Origin: an uncultured Collinsella sp.
GTDB lineage: Bacteria > Actinomycetota > Coriobacteriia > Coriobacteriales > Coriobacteriaceae
Assembly (NCBI GenBank): GCA_902496115.1
Contig: CABUZK010000007.1
Location: 2,256 to 66,255, forward strand
DNA length: 64,000 nt
Direction of reading: 5' to 3'
Shown: positions 38,416 through 46,788 of the stretch, one piece after another
Layout: each line of letters begins with the position of its first letter
Position numbering within the stretch: the first letter of the stretch is position 1
Program-made: the position numbers and the translations under genes
Notes under the pieces: generated by a model
What the model saw: the letters and a program-made list of their open reading frames with translations, nothing else
What the model was told of the DNA's origin: nothing
Databases searched by the model: none

Positions 38416-38656
38416 CGGGACACCCGCACGCGCCTACGCGCACCCGCGCACATGCGCCCCATTAAAACAACGGGCGCCCAACCCGGGGAGGGCCGACAGC
38501 ACCAGCCCTCCCCTCTTTTGCGCCCGAACATATTGCCACTTAACGGCGCAAATCCGGCCCTCAGAATGGGACACATGGCCCACCCTAGCGAGCCGTCCAC
38601 GCGTACAGTAAAGACAGGTAATCCATGGGCGGTTACAGATCGAGGAGGACACGACC

Positions 38657-39250
38657 ATGAAAAAGAAGGCCTTTGCGATTCTCACCCTCTGCATCAGTCT
38701 CTTTGCCGCAGTTGCCCTGGTGGGCTGCGGTGGCAGCGGCGACGCTACCGGAAGTGGCGGTGGCGGCGGCGCAGAAAAGCCAGCCGTGGATATGAGGACC
38801 GACTTCATTTGGTTTAAGGTCGAGGTCCCCGAGGGCGTCGAGATCACCGACGTCGCAGGCGACACTGCCGACAGGGCCCAGTTTAAGTTCACCGAGAGCG
38901 AGCACGCCAGCGATCGCTTCATCCCCGTCTTCGACTCTGACAAGAACGCCGACGAGCTGTTCGACTACGAGGCAAAGTGGAATGCCAGCTTTGAGTGGAC
39001 CGAGAATGACCCCGTCAAGTACAACGGCAAGACCTGGCGCAACGCTTCCTACACGCACTCGGGCGGCGTGACGACCGAGTACTTCACCGACGTTGACGGC
39101 GGCAGCGTGTACGTGCGCATCGACAACGTCGAGGAACACAAGGATGCCGTCGAGACCATGATGAAGTCCCTGGAATTTGCCGACGACATTGCCGAGGCCA
39201 AGACCGAGGCCATGGACGTCATGCTCGATGATATCGAGATCAAGCGTTAA
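38657..39250 (+). CDS. Lipoprotein (paralog 2)
   Basis: MKKKAFAILTLCISLFAAVALVGC. Shares DFIWFKVE.PEGV, DRFIPV and other blocks with paralog 1. Confidence 0.8.
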   Translation: MKKKAFAILTLCISLFAAVALVGCGGSGDATGSGGGGGAEKPAVDMRTDFIWFKVEVPEGVEITDVAGDTADRAQFKFTESEHASDRFIPVFDSDKNADELFDYEAKWNASFEWTENDPVKYNGKTWRNASYTHSGGVTTEYFTDVDGGSVYVRIDNVEEHKDAVETMMKSLEFADDIAEAKTEAMDVMLDDIEIKR

Positions 39251-39554
39251 ACGACTGGCGAGCGCAACGGGAAACACGGTCGCAGTGCAGACAAGCGACG
39301 GTACCCCAGCGCTTCGTACCCAGGGAGGGCCGGTAAACCGACCCTCCTTTTCTTATGCCGATAGCCGGCGAACGCGAGGGTGCCGGGCGGCAAAACCACC
39401 CCCAGCGCGGTAGCAGCACAAATAGACAAGCGCCCCAACGCGTCCGCCCGCCGATTTATGGCGCCGCGCAGACAATTAAGCCAACACGTTTAGACATCCA
39501 GGCAGTATAGTGAACAAAATGAGTGCATAACCGCACCCTGCGAACGGAGGAGTT

Positions 39555-42014
39555 ATGACCGAACACCACGCCATCAGCCGTCGAGCATTCACGTTGGGCC
39601 TAGGACTCGCAGCATTGTCGCCATTTGTAAGCCTGCCCGAAACCGCGGGATTGGGCCTTCCCATGCGCGCGGCATTTGCAGAAGACACGCCCACACCGGC
39701 GGCCAACCTCGACAAGTTCGTCATTCGCCTTCGCCCCGCGGGCTATTTTCGCACCGCGAGTGTCAACGAAGACGGCAACGTCATCGGCAACGTCTGCCAC
39801 CTGTTTAATGACGGCACGTCCAGCAAACTCATCCTTGAGCACGTAGCGACCGATACAGGAAATACAAATTGGTATGCCATCCGCACCCTGCTCAATTTCG
39901 AAGAGCACAAGAAGACGGGCTACAGCATTTGGTCGGTCGATGGCGACTCGGACAAAGATGGAAAGGTCATCCACGTATGGAGTGGCGAGCATGACGGCAA
40001 GCCCAGCCGCTCTTTTGCGTTCGATCGTCAGTCAAACGGAACCTACATCATCCGAGACCGCACAAACGAGAAAAAAGACATTAATTACCTGGCCATAGAA
40101 AAGGACGGTAAAGACCAAGACAACAACAAGATCTGCCACAAGAGGAAGAGCATTCCGTGGGAGCTCGAACTTGTCGGTTACGACAAGGGCGAGATCAATA
40201 CCACGGTTAGAAGTATCGACTGGATCACGTATAGCAGCTACGTCGACGGACCATGCTGGATGAAATACGTCGACGGCAACAAATACCTCGACGAGCTGAG
40301 CATCCCGGGCACGCATGATTCGAGCACCTGCAGCGTCGACAACGACACCGAGCCCCAAACCTCGCTTGCAAAGTGCCAGCAGGATTACATCCCCACGCAG
40401 TTGCTCGAAGGCATTCGCTATTTTGATATCCGACTTGGAAAGAACAACGATAAAGGCGACCCCGGCATCGACCATGGAATATGCTACCTGCTCAAAAAAG
40501 ACGGGGGCTTTATACATCTCTCCGATGTCATCGGTTACTTCAAAACATTTTTGAACGAAAACCCGTCAGAAGCGCTCATCATGCTGGTGTCACGAGGCAA
40601 CGACGAAGCTACCGACGAAAGCGTTACGACGGCTTTCGCCAAGGTTTTGGACGACAACCCCAAACTGTTCTATACGTCGAGCCATGTCCCCACACTGAAC
40701 GAGGTGCGCGGAAAGATCGTCCTGCTGCGTCGATTTAAACTCGCCGGCGACAGTGTAGACGGCCACACGTGGGGCCTCGACCTCACCGAATGGGACGACA
40801 AAATCAAGGCGCATTCCGGAAAGTCCATGTGCCTCGTGAAATACGAGCAAGGCTTTGAGGCTGCGGGCAATACGGGCGACAAAGAGCCCTATAGCACAGC
40901 GGTATATGCCCAAGACCATTACAGCTGCACGGGATCCAGTAAGATCGACTGGGTCGATATGGCCCTGAAGGCGGCGGCCGAGTTCGAGCCCAGCACCGTA
41001 GATATCACTGCCGCGGACGGGACAACGGTGCAGGCAACGGAGCGCTGCTGGTTTATTAACTACACTAGCTGCACGCAAAACAACCCTTTTACCGCAGCGC
41101 GAGTGGTCGACGAGCACCTGTACAAGAGCTCGTATATAAACAATACCGGAGTTGAGGGCACAAAAGAGAACTGCCGTAAGCGCATTGGCATCATTGCGTC
41201 CGACTTTGTTGATGCGGCGCTGGCCCGGAGCATCTATCAGCGCAATTACGATACGGAGCACAAGCAGACAGCTTCGTACTATCTCCCGACCCGCATGCGC
41301 ATGACGTACGGCGACTCGCTGAGCGACGCCTCGCTCCAGGACGGCAAGACCGTTGGCGAGGGTCATTTCCGCCTCGTCGACAGCAGCAACGTACTCAACG
41401 TGGCGGCTTCGGGCCATGCGTTTGCCATCGAATATGTGGATGTCGACGCCTTGGGCAACGAGACCGTTACGGAGCTGCGGGGCTCCGTGCCCATCGATAT
41501 CGATCCACGCGCGCTGACGCCCCATTTTGAGGGACTCGAAGGCCTTAAGGCCGGCGAAGACGCGCGCGCCAAGATTGCGGCATCACTCGAGGGCAAACTC
41601 GAAACCGATGCCTGCACGGCCCAGCTCGAGTTTGTGCACGACGCGGACGGCGCTCCGGGCACGGCAATGGCCGAGGGCGAGGCATTTGCCGCGGGGACGT
41701 ATTGGGTGCGTGCGAAAGGCCTGTTGGGCGACGCGGCGCAAAACTACACGCTTGCCACCGACGGAGCCGCAAGCTTTACCGTAGCGGCCTCGGGCAGTGC
41801 AGGCGGCACCGGCACCGGCAACGGCACCAACGCGAGCAGCACCGACAAGAACGGCAAGGACAACAAGGGCAAGGGCTCGGGCGGAAAACTCGCCGACACG
41901 GGCGACGGCTCCGGCATTGCCGCCGGGCTCGCCGCTGCCGCCGTGGCGACGACGGTCGCCGGCGCAGCAGTGCTTGCCAGTGACCGCGAAAACGCTGGGG
42001 ACGGTAGCGAATAA
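39555..42014 (+). CDS. Secreted phosphatidylinositol-specific phospholipase C (PI-PLC X domain) with an N-terminal lectin-like domain and an LAxTG-like C-terminal sorting signal
   Basis: Tat-like signal SRRAFTLGLGLAA. SIPGTHDSSTC and RYFDIRLG...IDHG are the PI-PLC catalytic His motifs. The C-terminus is KLADTGDGSGIAAGLAAAAVATTVAGAAVLA. Confidence 0.8.
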   Translation: MTEHHAISRRAFTLGLGLAALSPFVSLPETAGLGLPMRAAFAEDTPTPAANLDKFVIRLRPAGYFRTASVNEDGNVIGNVCHLFNDGTSSKLILEHVATDTGNTNWYAIRTLLNFEEHKKTGYSIWSVDGDSDKDGKVIHVWSGEHDGKPSRSFAFDRQSNGTYIIRDRTNEKKDINYLAIEKDGKDQDNNKICHKRKSIPWELELVGYDKGEINTTVRSIDWITYSSYVDGPCWMKYVDGNKYLDELSIPGTHDSSTCSVDNDTEPQTSLAKCQQDYIPTQLLEGIRYFDIRLGKNNDKGDPGIDHGICYLLKKDGGFIHLSDVIGYFKTFLNENPSEALIMLVSRGNDEATDESVTTAFAKVLDDNPKLFYTSSHVPTLNEVRGKIVLLRRFKLAGDSVDGHTWGLDLTEWDDKIKAHSGKSMCLVKYEQGFEAAGNTGDKEPYSTAVYAQDHYSCTGSSKIDWVDMALKAAAEFEPSTVDITAADGTTVQATERCWFINYTSCTQNNPFTAARVVDEHLYKSSYINNTGVEGTKENCRKRIGIIASDFVDAALARSIYQRNYDTEHKQTASYYLPTRMRMTYGDSLSDASLQDGKTVGEGHFRLVDSSNVLNVAASGHAFAIEYVDVDALGNETVTELRGSVPIDIDPRALTPHFEGLEGLKAGEDARAKIAASLEGKLETDACTAQLEFVHDADGAPGTAMAEGEAFAAGTYWVRAKGLLGDAAQNYTLATDGAASFTVAASGSAGGTGTGNGTNASSTDKNGKDNKGKGSGGKLADTGDGSGIAAGLAAAAVATTVAGAAVLASDRENAGDGSE

Positions 42015-42043
42015 GCAAGCCGGCCTTTTAGACACATCGACTC

Positions 42044-42083
42044 AATCGGGGGCGCAGAACACCGTTCTGTGCCCCCGATTTTT
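42044..42083 (+). terminator. Rho-independent terminator of the PI-PLC gene
   Basis: AATCGGGGGCGCAGAAC-acc-GTTCTGTGCCCCCGATT followed by TTT. Confidence 0.85.
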
Positions 42084-42108
42084 ACCTTGGCCCAAACGCC
42101 GCCATAGG

Positions 42109-42378
42109 CTACATCACCATGTTCAGCGCGTTAACAAACTCCTGGGCCTTCGCACGGCTGCTCAGGCTAAAGACGCAAGCAGTCAACAGCCTGTTACGCA
42201 GAAAAACATCGCGGCCTTTGATTCTATTGACGCCCGTAATGTCCTTAAGATAGACAATTTCGGTGTGCTTGCCACCAAAAGTGCCCTTCTTGAGCACCTC
42301 AATACGATTGGGATAGATCTTAACGTCTTTAAACCTACCCGAACCTTTGTCCTGGAATAGCAGCGTGTTGTTGTCCAT
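42109..42378 (-). CDS. 89-aa hypothetical protein (paralog of 46182..46451)
   Basis: ATG at 42378 after GGGAG. MDNNTLLFQDKGSGRFKDVKIYPNRIEVLKK... is ~54% identical over the full length to the other copy. Confidence 0.7.
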   Translation of the reverse strand: MDNNTLLFQDKGSGRFKDVKIYPNRIEVLKKGTFGGKHTEIVYLKDITGVNRIKGRDVFLRNRLLTACVFSLSSRAKAQEFVNALNMVM

Positions 42379-42546
42379 ACGCGTCACTCCCGTGGGGTTC
42401 GCTAAAACTGTCTCTATTGCCACATTTTAGTCACCGCAAGGCTCCCATGCGAAGGTGCCAGACAGCACAGCAATTCGTGTCCGCGCGAGGCTTTAAACTA
42501 GATGCGATAAAGATGCATTCCACAAGAGGAAAGTGGGGCGACAGTG

Positions 42547-43590
42547 ATGGGCGAACTGGTAAACCGTGGAAAATCGGCAATCGTGCCCGAAGGCTTTTAC
42601 AAGCAGGTTTCCTCGATTCTCAACGCCGCTCGCGACAAGGCCTATACCGCCGTTAACTTTGCGATGGTTGAGGCGTATTGGGAGATCGGCAAGAGCATAG
42701 TTGATGAGCAGGGCGGAGAGGAGCGCGCAGCATATGGAGAGGCATTGATTGCGGGCCTCTCCAGAAGGCTTACCGCGGATTTCGGAAGAGGCTTTGGCAT
42801 CGCAAACCTTCGCAATATGCGTCAGTTCTTTCTTGCGTTTCCAATTCGCGACGCACTGCGTAGCGAATTGAGCTGGACTCATTACCGCAGGTTGATGCGC
42901 ATTCCCGACCCTGATGCTCGCGCCTGGTACATGAACGAATGCGCCGATTCTCGTTGGAGCACGCGTCAGCTCGAGCGCCAGATCAACACCATGTTCCGCG
43001 AGCGCCTGCTTGCCAGCAAGGACAAGAAGGCCGTCACCCAGGAAATCCAAAAGAGCGCCCCGGCTCGTCGCCCCGAGGATATCATCCGCGACCCATATGT
43101 ACTGGAGTTTTTAGGTTTCTCGGACGATACTGCGTTTCGCGAGAGCGATCTAGAGCAGGCGCTCATCACGCATCTTCAGAAGTTCCTGCTGGAGCTTGGC
43201 CGTGGTTTCGCTTTCGAGGCGCGCCAAAAGCGCATCACCTTTGATGGGCGCCATTTCTATATTGACCTTGTTTTTTACAACTATCTGATGCGCTGCTTCG
43301 TGCTCATCGACCTTAAGACCGATGACCTTACGCATCAGGACCTGGGCCAGATGCAAATGTATGTGAACTACTACACGCGTGAGCTCATGAACGAAGGCGA
43401 CAATCCGCCCATAGGCATCGTGCTCTGCGCGGACAAAAGCGATTCGATCGTCGAGTACACGCTGCCCGAAGACAACGACCAAGTGTTTGCCGCCAAATAC
43501 CTGCCGTATCTTCCAAGCAAGGAAGAGCTGGCGCGCGAGCTGAGTGCCGAGTACCGCGCCATCAACGAAGCGACTAATGGCGAAGTGTAA
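42547..43590 (+). CDS. DUF1016 / YhcG-like PDDEXK-family nuclease
   Basis: AYWEIGKSIVDEQGGEERAAYGEALIAGLSRRLTADFGRGFGIANLRNMRQF is the DUF1016 N-domain. FYIDLVFYN...VLIDLKTDDLTHQDLGQMQMY is the PD-(D/E)xK core. Confidence 0.8.
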   Translation: MGELVNRGKSAIVPEGFYKQVSSILNAARDKAYTAVNFAMVEAYWEIGKSIVDEQGGEERAAYGEALIAGLSRRLTADFGRGFGIANLRNMRQFFLAFPIRDALRSELSWTHYRRLMRIPDPDARAWYMNECADSRWSTRQLERQINTMFRERLLASKDKKAVTQEIQKSAPARRPEDIIRDPYVLEFLGFSDDTAFRESDLEQALITHLQKFLLELGRGFAFEARQKRITFDGRHFYIDLVFYNYLMRCFVLIDLKTDDLTHQDLGQMQMYVNYYTRELMNEGDNPPIGIVLCADKSDSIVEYTLPEDNDQVFAAKYLPYLPSKEELARELSAEYRAINEATNGEV

Positions 43591-43659
43591 AGGCAATAGC
43601 GCGGTGCGGCCGACGTCCTCGACGGCGTTCCGTATCACCTGGCATAAGAGGAGTTTTTC

Positions 43660-44448
43660 ATGACAGACAGATCGAAAGCAACGCTACGTGGCTGCATCTA
43701 CGGGCTCGCTGTTGGCGATGCATTAGGCGTTCCTTACGAGTTCAGGCCTCGTGGCACATTCGAATGCACCGACATGATCGGCTACGGCACGCATGGGCAA
43801 CCCGCCGGCACCTGGAGCGACGACACATCTATGACGCTTGCTACCTGCGACTCGATTAGGGAGCTCGGGCACATCGACACCGCGGACATGCGCGACAAGT
43901 TCGTAGGCTGGATTGCCCGTGGCGAGTATACGATCGACGGCGTTTTCGATTATGGCGGCACGACCGCCCGCGCCTTGCACACCGGCAAAGGAGGCTCCGG
44001 CGAGCGCGACAACGGCAACGGATCGCTCATGCGCATCGCTCCCCTGGCGTTCACCGATGCGACAGACGACGAGATCTGCGAGGTCTCCGCGATTACGCAC
44101 GCCCACAGAACGTCGACCGATGCATGCGTCATATTTATCGAGCTAATGAGGGATGTGATGAACGACGCGCTTCCCTCGTGGGTGCTCCAGCTGAAAGACG
44201 TGCCCGAGCACGAAATCAGGTCTGGCGGCTTCGTGCGCGACACGCTTAAAGCAGCCACCTGGTGTTTCGTCAACACTAACAGCTACGAAGATTGCGTGCT
44301 TGCCGCCGTCAACCTGGGCGACGACACCGACACCACCGCAGCCGTCGCCGGCGCCCTCGCCGGCACGGTCTACGGTCTCAAAGCCATCCCACAGGAGTGG
44401 ATCGACACTCTACGCGGAAAAGGGCTGATTGAGCAGTGTTTGTTTTAG
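43660..44448 (+). CDS. ADP-ribosylglycohydrolase-family protein
   Basis: GCIYGLAVGDALGVPYEF, DDTSMTLA and GDDTDTTAAVAGALAG motifs. GAGGAG RBS. Confidence 0.85.
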   Translation: MTDRSKATLRGCIYGLAVGDALGVPYEFRPRGTFECTDMIGYGTHGQPAGTWSDDTSMTLATCDSIRELGHIDTADMRDKFVGWIARGEYTIDGVFDYGGTTARALHTGKGGSGERDNGNGSLMRIAPLAFTDATDDEICEVSAITHAHRTSTDACVIFIELMRDVMNDALPSWVLQLKDVPEHEIRSGGFVRDTLKAATWCFVNTNSYEDCVLAAVNLGDDTDTTAAVAGALAGTVYGLKAIPQEWIDTLRGKGLIEQCLF

Positions 44449-44483
44449 GGCGCACTTACGATAGAAACTGACCAGGGGGCACC

Positions 44484-44705
44484 ATGGAAAGAGAGATCGC
44501 GAATATAGACGAGTTCCAAGTGGACGAAAACGGGATTCCGCTATTTCCAGTAGAACTGAAGGAAGAAGCCAGCCTCTATGTCCTCCCCGACGGGCGTTAC
44601 CTCCCCTGCGGGCTCTACAGGACCGCAGACGGCGGTTCGCTCATTTATGAGCCGTTTGGGCTCAGCACCTTCGGGCAAATGCTTGCTCAATTCAAAGAGT
44701 GCTAG
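44484..44705 (+). CDS. 73-aa hypothetical protein, third gene of the nuclease-ARH operon
   Basis: ORF lies 35 nt after the ARH stop with a GGGGG RBS. No recognisable family. Confidence 0.5.
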   Translation: MEREIANIDEFQVDENGIPLFPVELKEEASLYVLPDGRYLPCGLYRTADGGSLIYEPFGLSTFGQMLAQFKEC

Positions 44706-45441
44706 AGGTTTGATTGCCCGTTAGATCGATACTGTTCCAAACCATGGGATGGGTAGGATGTCTCCCACCGCGTCCTGTGAGGTAAAATCTTGACTGCCGC
44801 GGAATCCGCCTGCGGGCAACGCTCCGATCTCCGATTGGGGTGAAGCCTATGAACTTGTTTCTTGAAATCCTGCGCCTCTCGATGTATGTGACCGGCATTG
44901 CCCGGAACCTCTACTCGATCTGGCGGGAATATAAGCAGTAACGGATAGCGAAGGGAGTCATGAAAAGGGCCGGTTGCAGCCGGCCCTTTAGACGATAATA
45001 CCTGCGTTGCCCGCGCTTCCGAAGTGTGACTAGCTGAGGAGCGGGTTCCGCGGCACAACCTGATTTTACCCAGCGAGGCGGATCTTTTGCAGCCGCTCCA
45101 CCGTTTATTTACATCTACCAACATCGGGATCTAAAACCAAAAGTTTGCGCCCCGAATGGACAGAAAGGAGCGAGATTACGGAGAAGAAGTTGGACAATCG
45201 AGGTTCGGCTTGGAGTCTACATAGCATATGCTAGGAAAATGATGGAGAGGGTCAGGGCACTGCGCGGCGTTGGGCTCACTATCCTGGAGATAACCGAGGC
45301 GCCAGATAGAGCGGCGACGCTTTTCGGGACATTTCCCAGACTTCTCGAGAGGCAATCGCTACCTCAACTCGGCATAAATAGTTCGCCCCGGGGGACAGCC
45401 GAAGAGCCCTTTTTACGGCCACCTTTCATGACGGACAAAAG

Positions 45442-45900
45442 CTATGCGACCACGCCCCGCTTGGGCCTGCCCGAGCGGGGCGTGTCGGTCAGGCGCGCCG
45501 CTATGCTCTCCACGGTCACATAGGTGCGGCGGCCCTTGCGGTAGCCCGTGAGGATTCCCGAGTCGAGCATGTGGGTAATCCTGCCGGGGGAAACGGAGAG
45601 CCCGCGCGCGGCTCCGGCCGCCGAGACCGTCTCCCCCTCCACGATATACCCCTCGTCCGTGGAGAAGGCGACCATCATGGAGAGGCCGCCGTCTGCGGGC
45701 TCGATAAACTCGGGCTCCAGCACGGCGAGGCCGTCCCTCACGAGCACAGCCACGTAGGTGCTCGCCGCGTCCACGGCCTGCTCGGCGGCCTCGGCAATCG
45801 TGTCACCGCAGGCAAAGCATCCCGGTAGCGAGGGAAACTCCACGTCGTAACCACCGTCCTCATCGGGCGTGAGCACCGCCTGATAAACGTATGTCTTCAT
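45442..45900 (-). CDS. HicB-family antitoxin fused to a C-terminal excisionase/MerR-like HTH
   Basis: MKTYVYQAVLTPDEDGGYDVEFPSLPGCFACGDTIAEAAEQA is a HicB/UPF0150 fold. The C-terminus is SAAGAARGLSVSPGRITHMLDSGILTGYRKGRRTYV. Confidence 0.75.
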   Translation of the reverse strand: MKTYVYQAVLTPDEDGGYDVEFPSLPGCFACGDTIAEAAEQAVDAASTYVAVLVRDGLAVLEPEFIEPADGGLSMMVAFSTDEGYIVEGETVSAAGAARGLSVSPGRITHMLDSGILTGYRKGRRTYVTVESIAARLTDTPRSGRPKRGVVA

Positions 45901-46083
45901 ATCTTTCGACCCCCAAGGGAGCGGAGCTAAAGCCATCCCGCCGTCTAAGCCACTCCCCGGACTTGCCCAGGCACTCGCAGCCCTCCATGCTCGTCAGAAC
46001 GTGACGCTCTACCCTGTCCTCTAGCGTGTCGAGTCACATCGTGACGAGACGGTTCGGCCGCCTGACTTCATCCTCGGACAGGC

Positions 46084-46174
46084 AGGGATCATCCCCGCGT
46101 GTGTGGGAAACAGCAGGCTAGCGCAATGCCCGTTGTATTACCTGAGGGATCACCACCGCGCGTGCGGGGAATAG
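46084..46174 (-). CRISPR. Decayed type I-E-like CRISPR remnant (2 repeats, 61-bp period)
   Basis: Minus strand: CTATTCCCCGCACGCGCGGTGGTGATCCC (46174-46146) and CTGTTTCCCACACACGCGGGGATGATCCC (46113-46085). Compare the actinobacterial I-E type ..TCCCCGCGC..GCGGGGATGATCCC. The spacer is ~32 nt. No third repeat and no cas genes are present. Confidence 0.6.
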
Positions 46175-46181
46175 CTATCGG

Positions 46182-46451
46182 CTACATAATCGAGTTCAGG
46201 ACCCTCACGAATTCCTGTGCCTGGGAGCGGCTGCTCAGCCTGTAGTCATAGCCCGTCCGCAGCCTGTTGTTCAAGATCACCTGCTTGCCATTGATTCTAT
46301 AGACACCGGTAACGTCATTCAGGTAAACCACCTCTTCATGCGTGCCGAAGAAGCGGTTCTTCTTGAGCGTGGTGATCCGGTTCGGGTAGATGCAGATTTC
46401 CTTGAATACACCGGCACCCTTATCCCTAAACAGCAGTGTGTCGTTGTCCAT
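46182..46451 (-). CDS. 89-aa hypothetical protein (paralog of 42109..42378)
   Basis: MDNDTLLFRDKGAGVFKEICIYPNRITTLKK... Confidence 0.7.
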   Translation of the reverse strand: MDNDTLLFRDKGAGVFKEICIYPNRITTLKKNRFFGTHEEVVYLNDVTGVYRINGKQVILNNRLRTGYDYRLSSRSQAQEFVRVLNSIM

Positions 46452-46706
46452 TTCTACTCCTCTTTGTTGACGTCGGTTAGATTGCGGTTCGAGCTGTCAT
46501 ATTGCTAGATTACCAGTTAGATCGGCACTGTTCCAAAACCGTGAGATGGCATGCCGTGCGCTCTCGTCCTCAACAGTGAATAGATTGAAACAGCAATTGC
46601 GCGCTGCTCCGATTCAGCTCTCATGCCTTTATCCGTTACCAAATCATTAGCTTGTGGGCAAAACCAGCTGGCTCCGACGGATCAATGCGACTAGAACAAG
46701 GGCTTT

Positions 46707-46783
46707 GGTTATAAATAACCTGAAAACCATCTGGTTATCAATAACCTTATGTGCTATAGTTCAATCAGCGGTTATTGATAACC
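46707..46783. promoter_or_regulatory. Three 14-bp palindromes GGTTAT-NN-ATAACC (candidate operator array)
   Basis: GGTTATAAATAACC (46707-46720), GGTTATCAATAACC (46733-46746) and GGTTATTGATAACC (46770-46783). The last ends 5 nt before the MTase start codon. Confidence 0.6.
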
Positions 46784-46788
46784 AATCA

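Noticed and set aside
45239-45523. 94-aa ORF (plus strand) in the island gap.
   Set aside because: It overlaps the 3' end of the HicB gene on the other strand, has no RBS, and has a Pro/Arg/Leu-rich non-protein-like composition.
46023-46052. A third CRISPR repeat one period (61 bp) below the two detected.
   Set aside because: The sequence there (AGCGTGTCGAGTCACATCGTGACGAGACGG) shows no similarity to the repeat, so the remnant has only two units.
46654-46788. N-terminal extension of the MTase-TRD ORF to 46654.
   Set aside because: The extension would translate through the three GGTTAT-NN-ATAACC palindromes and has non-protein-like composition. Methyltransferase-like sequence starts after the ATG at 46789.
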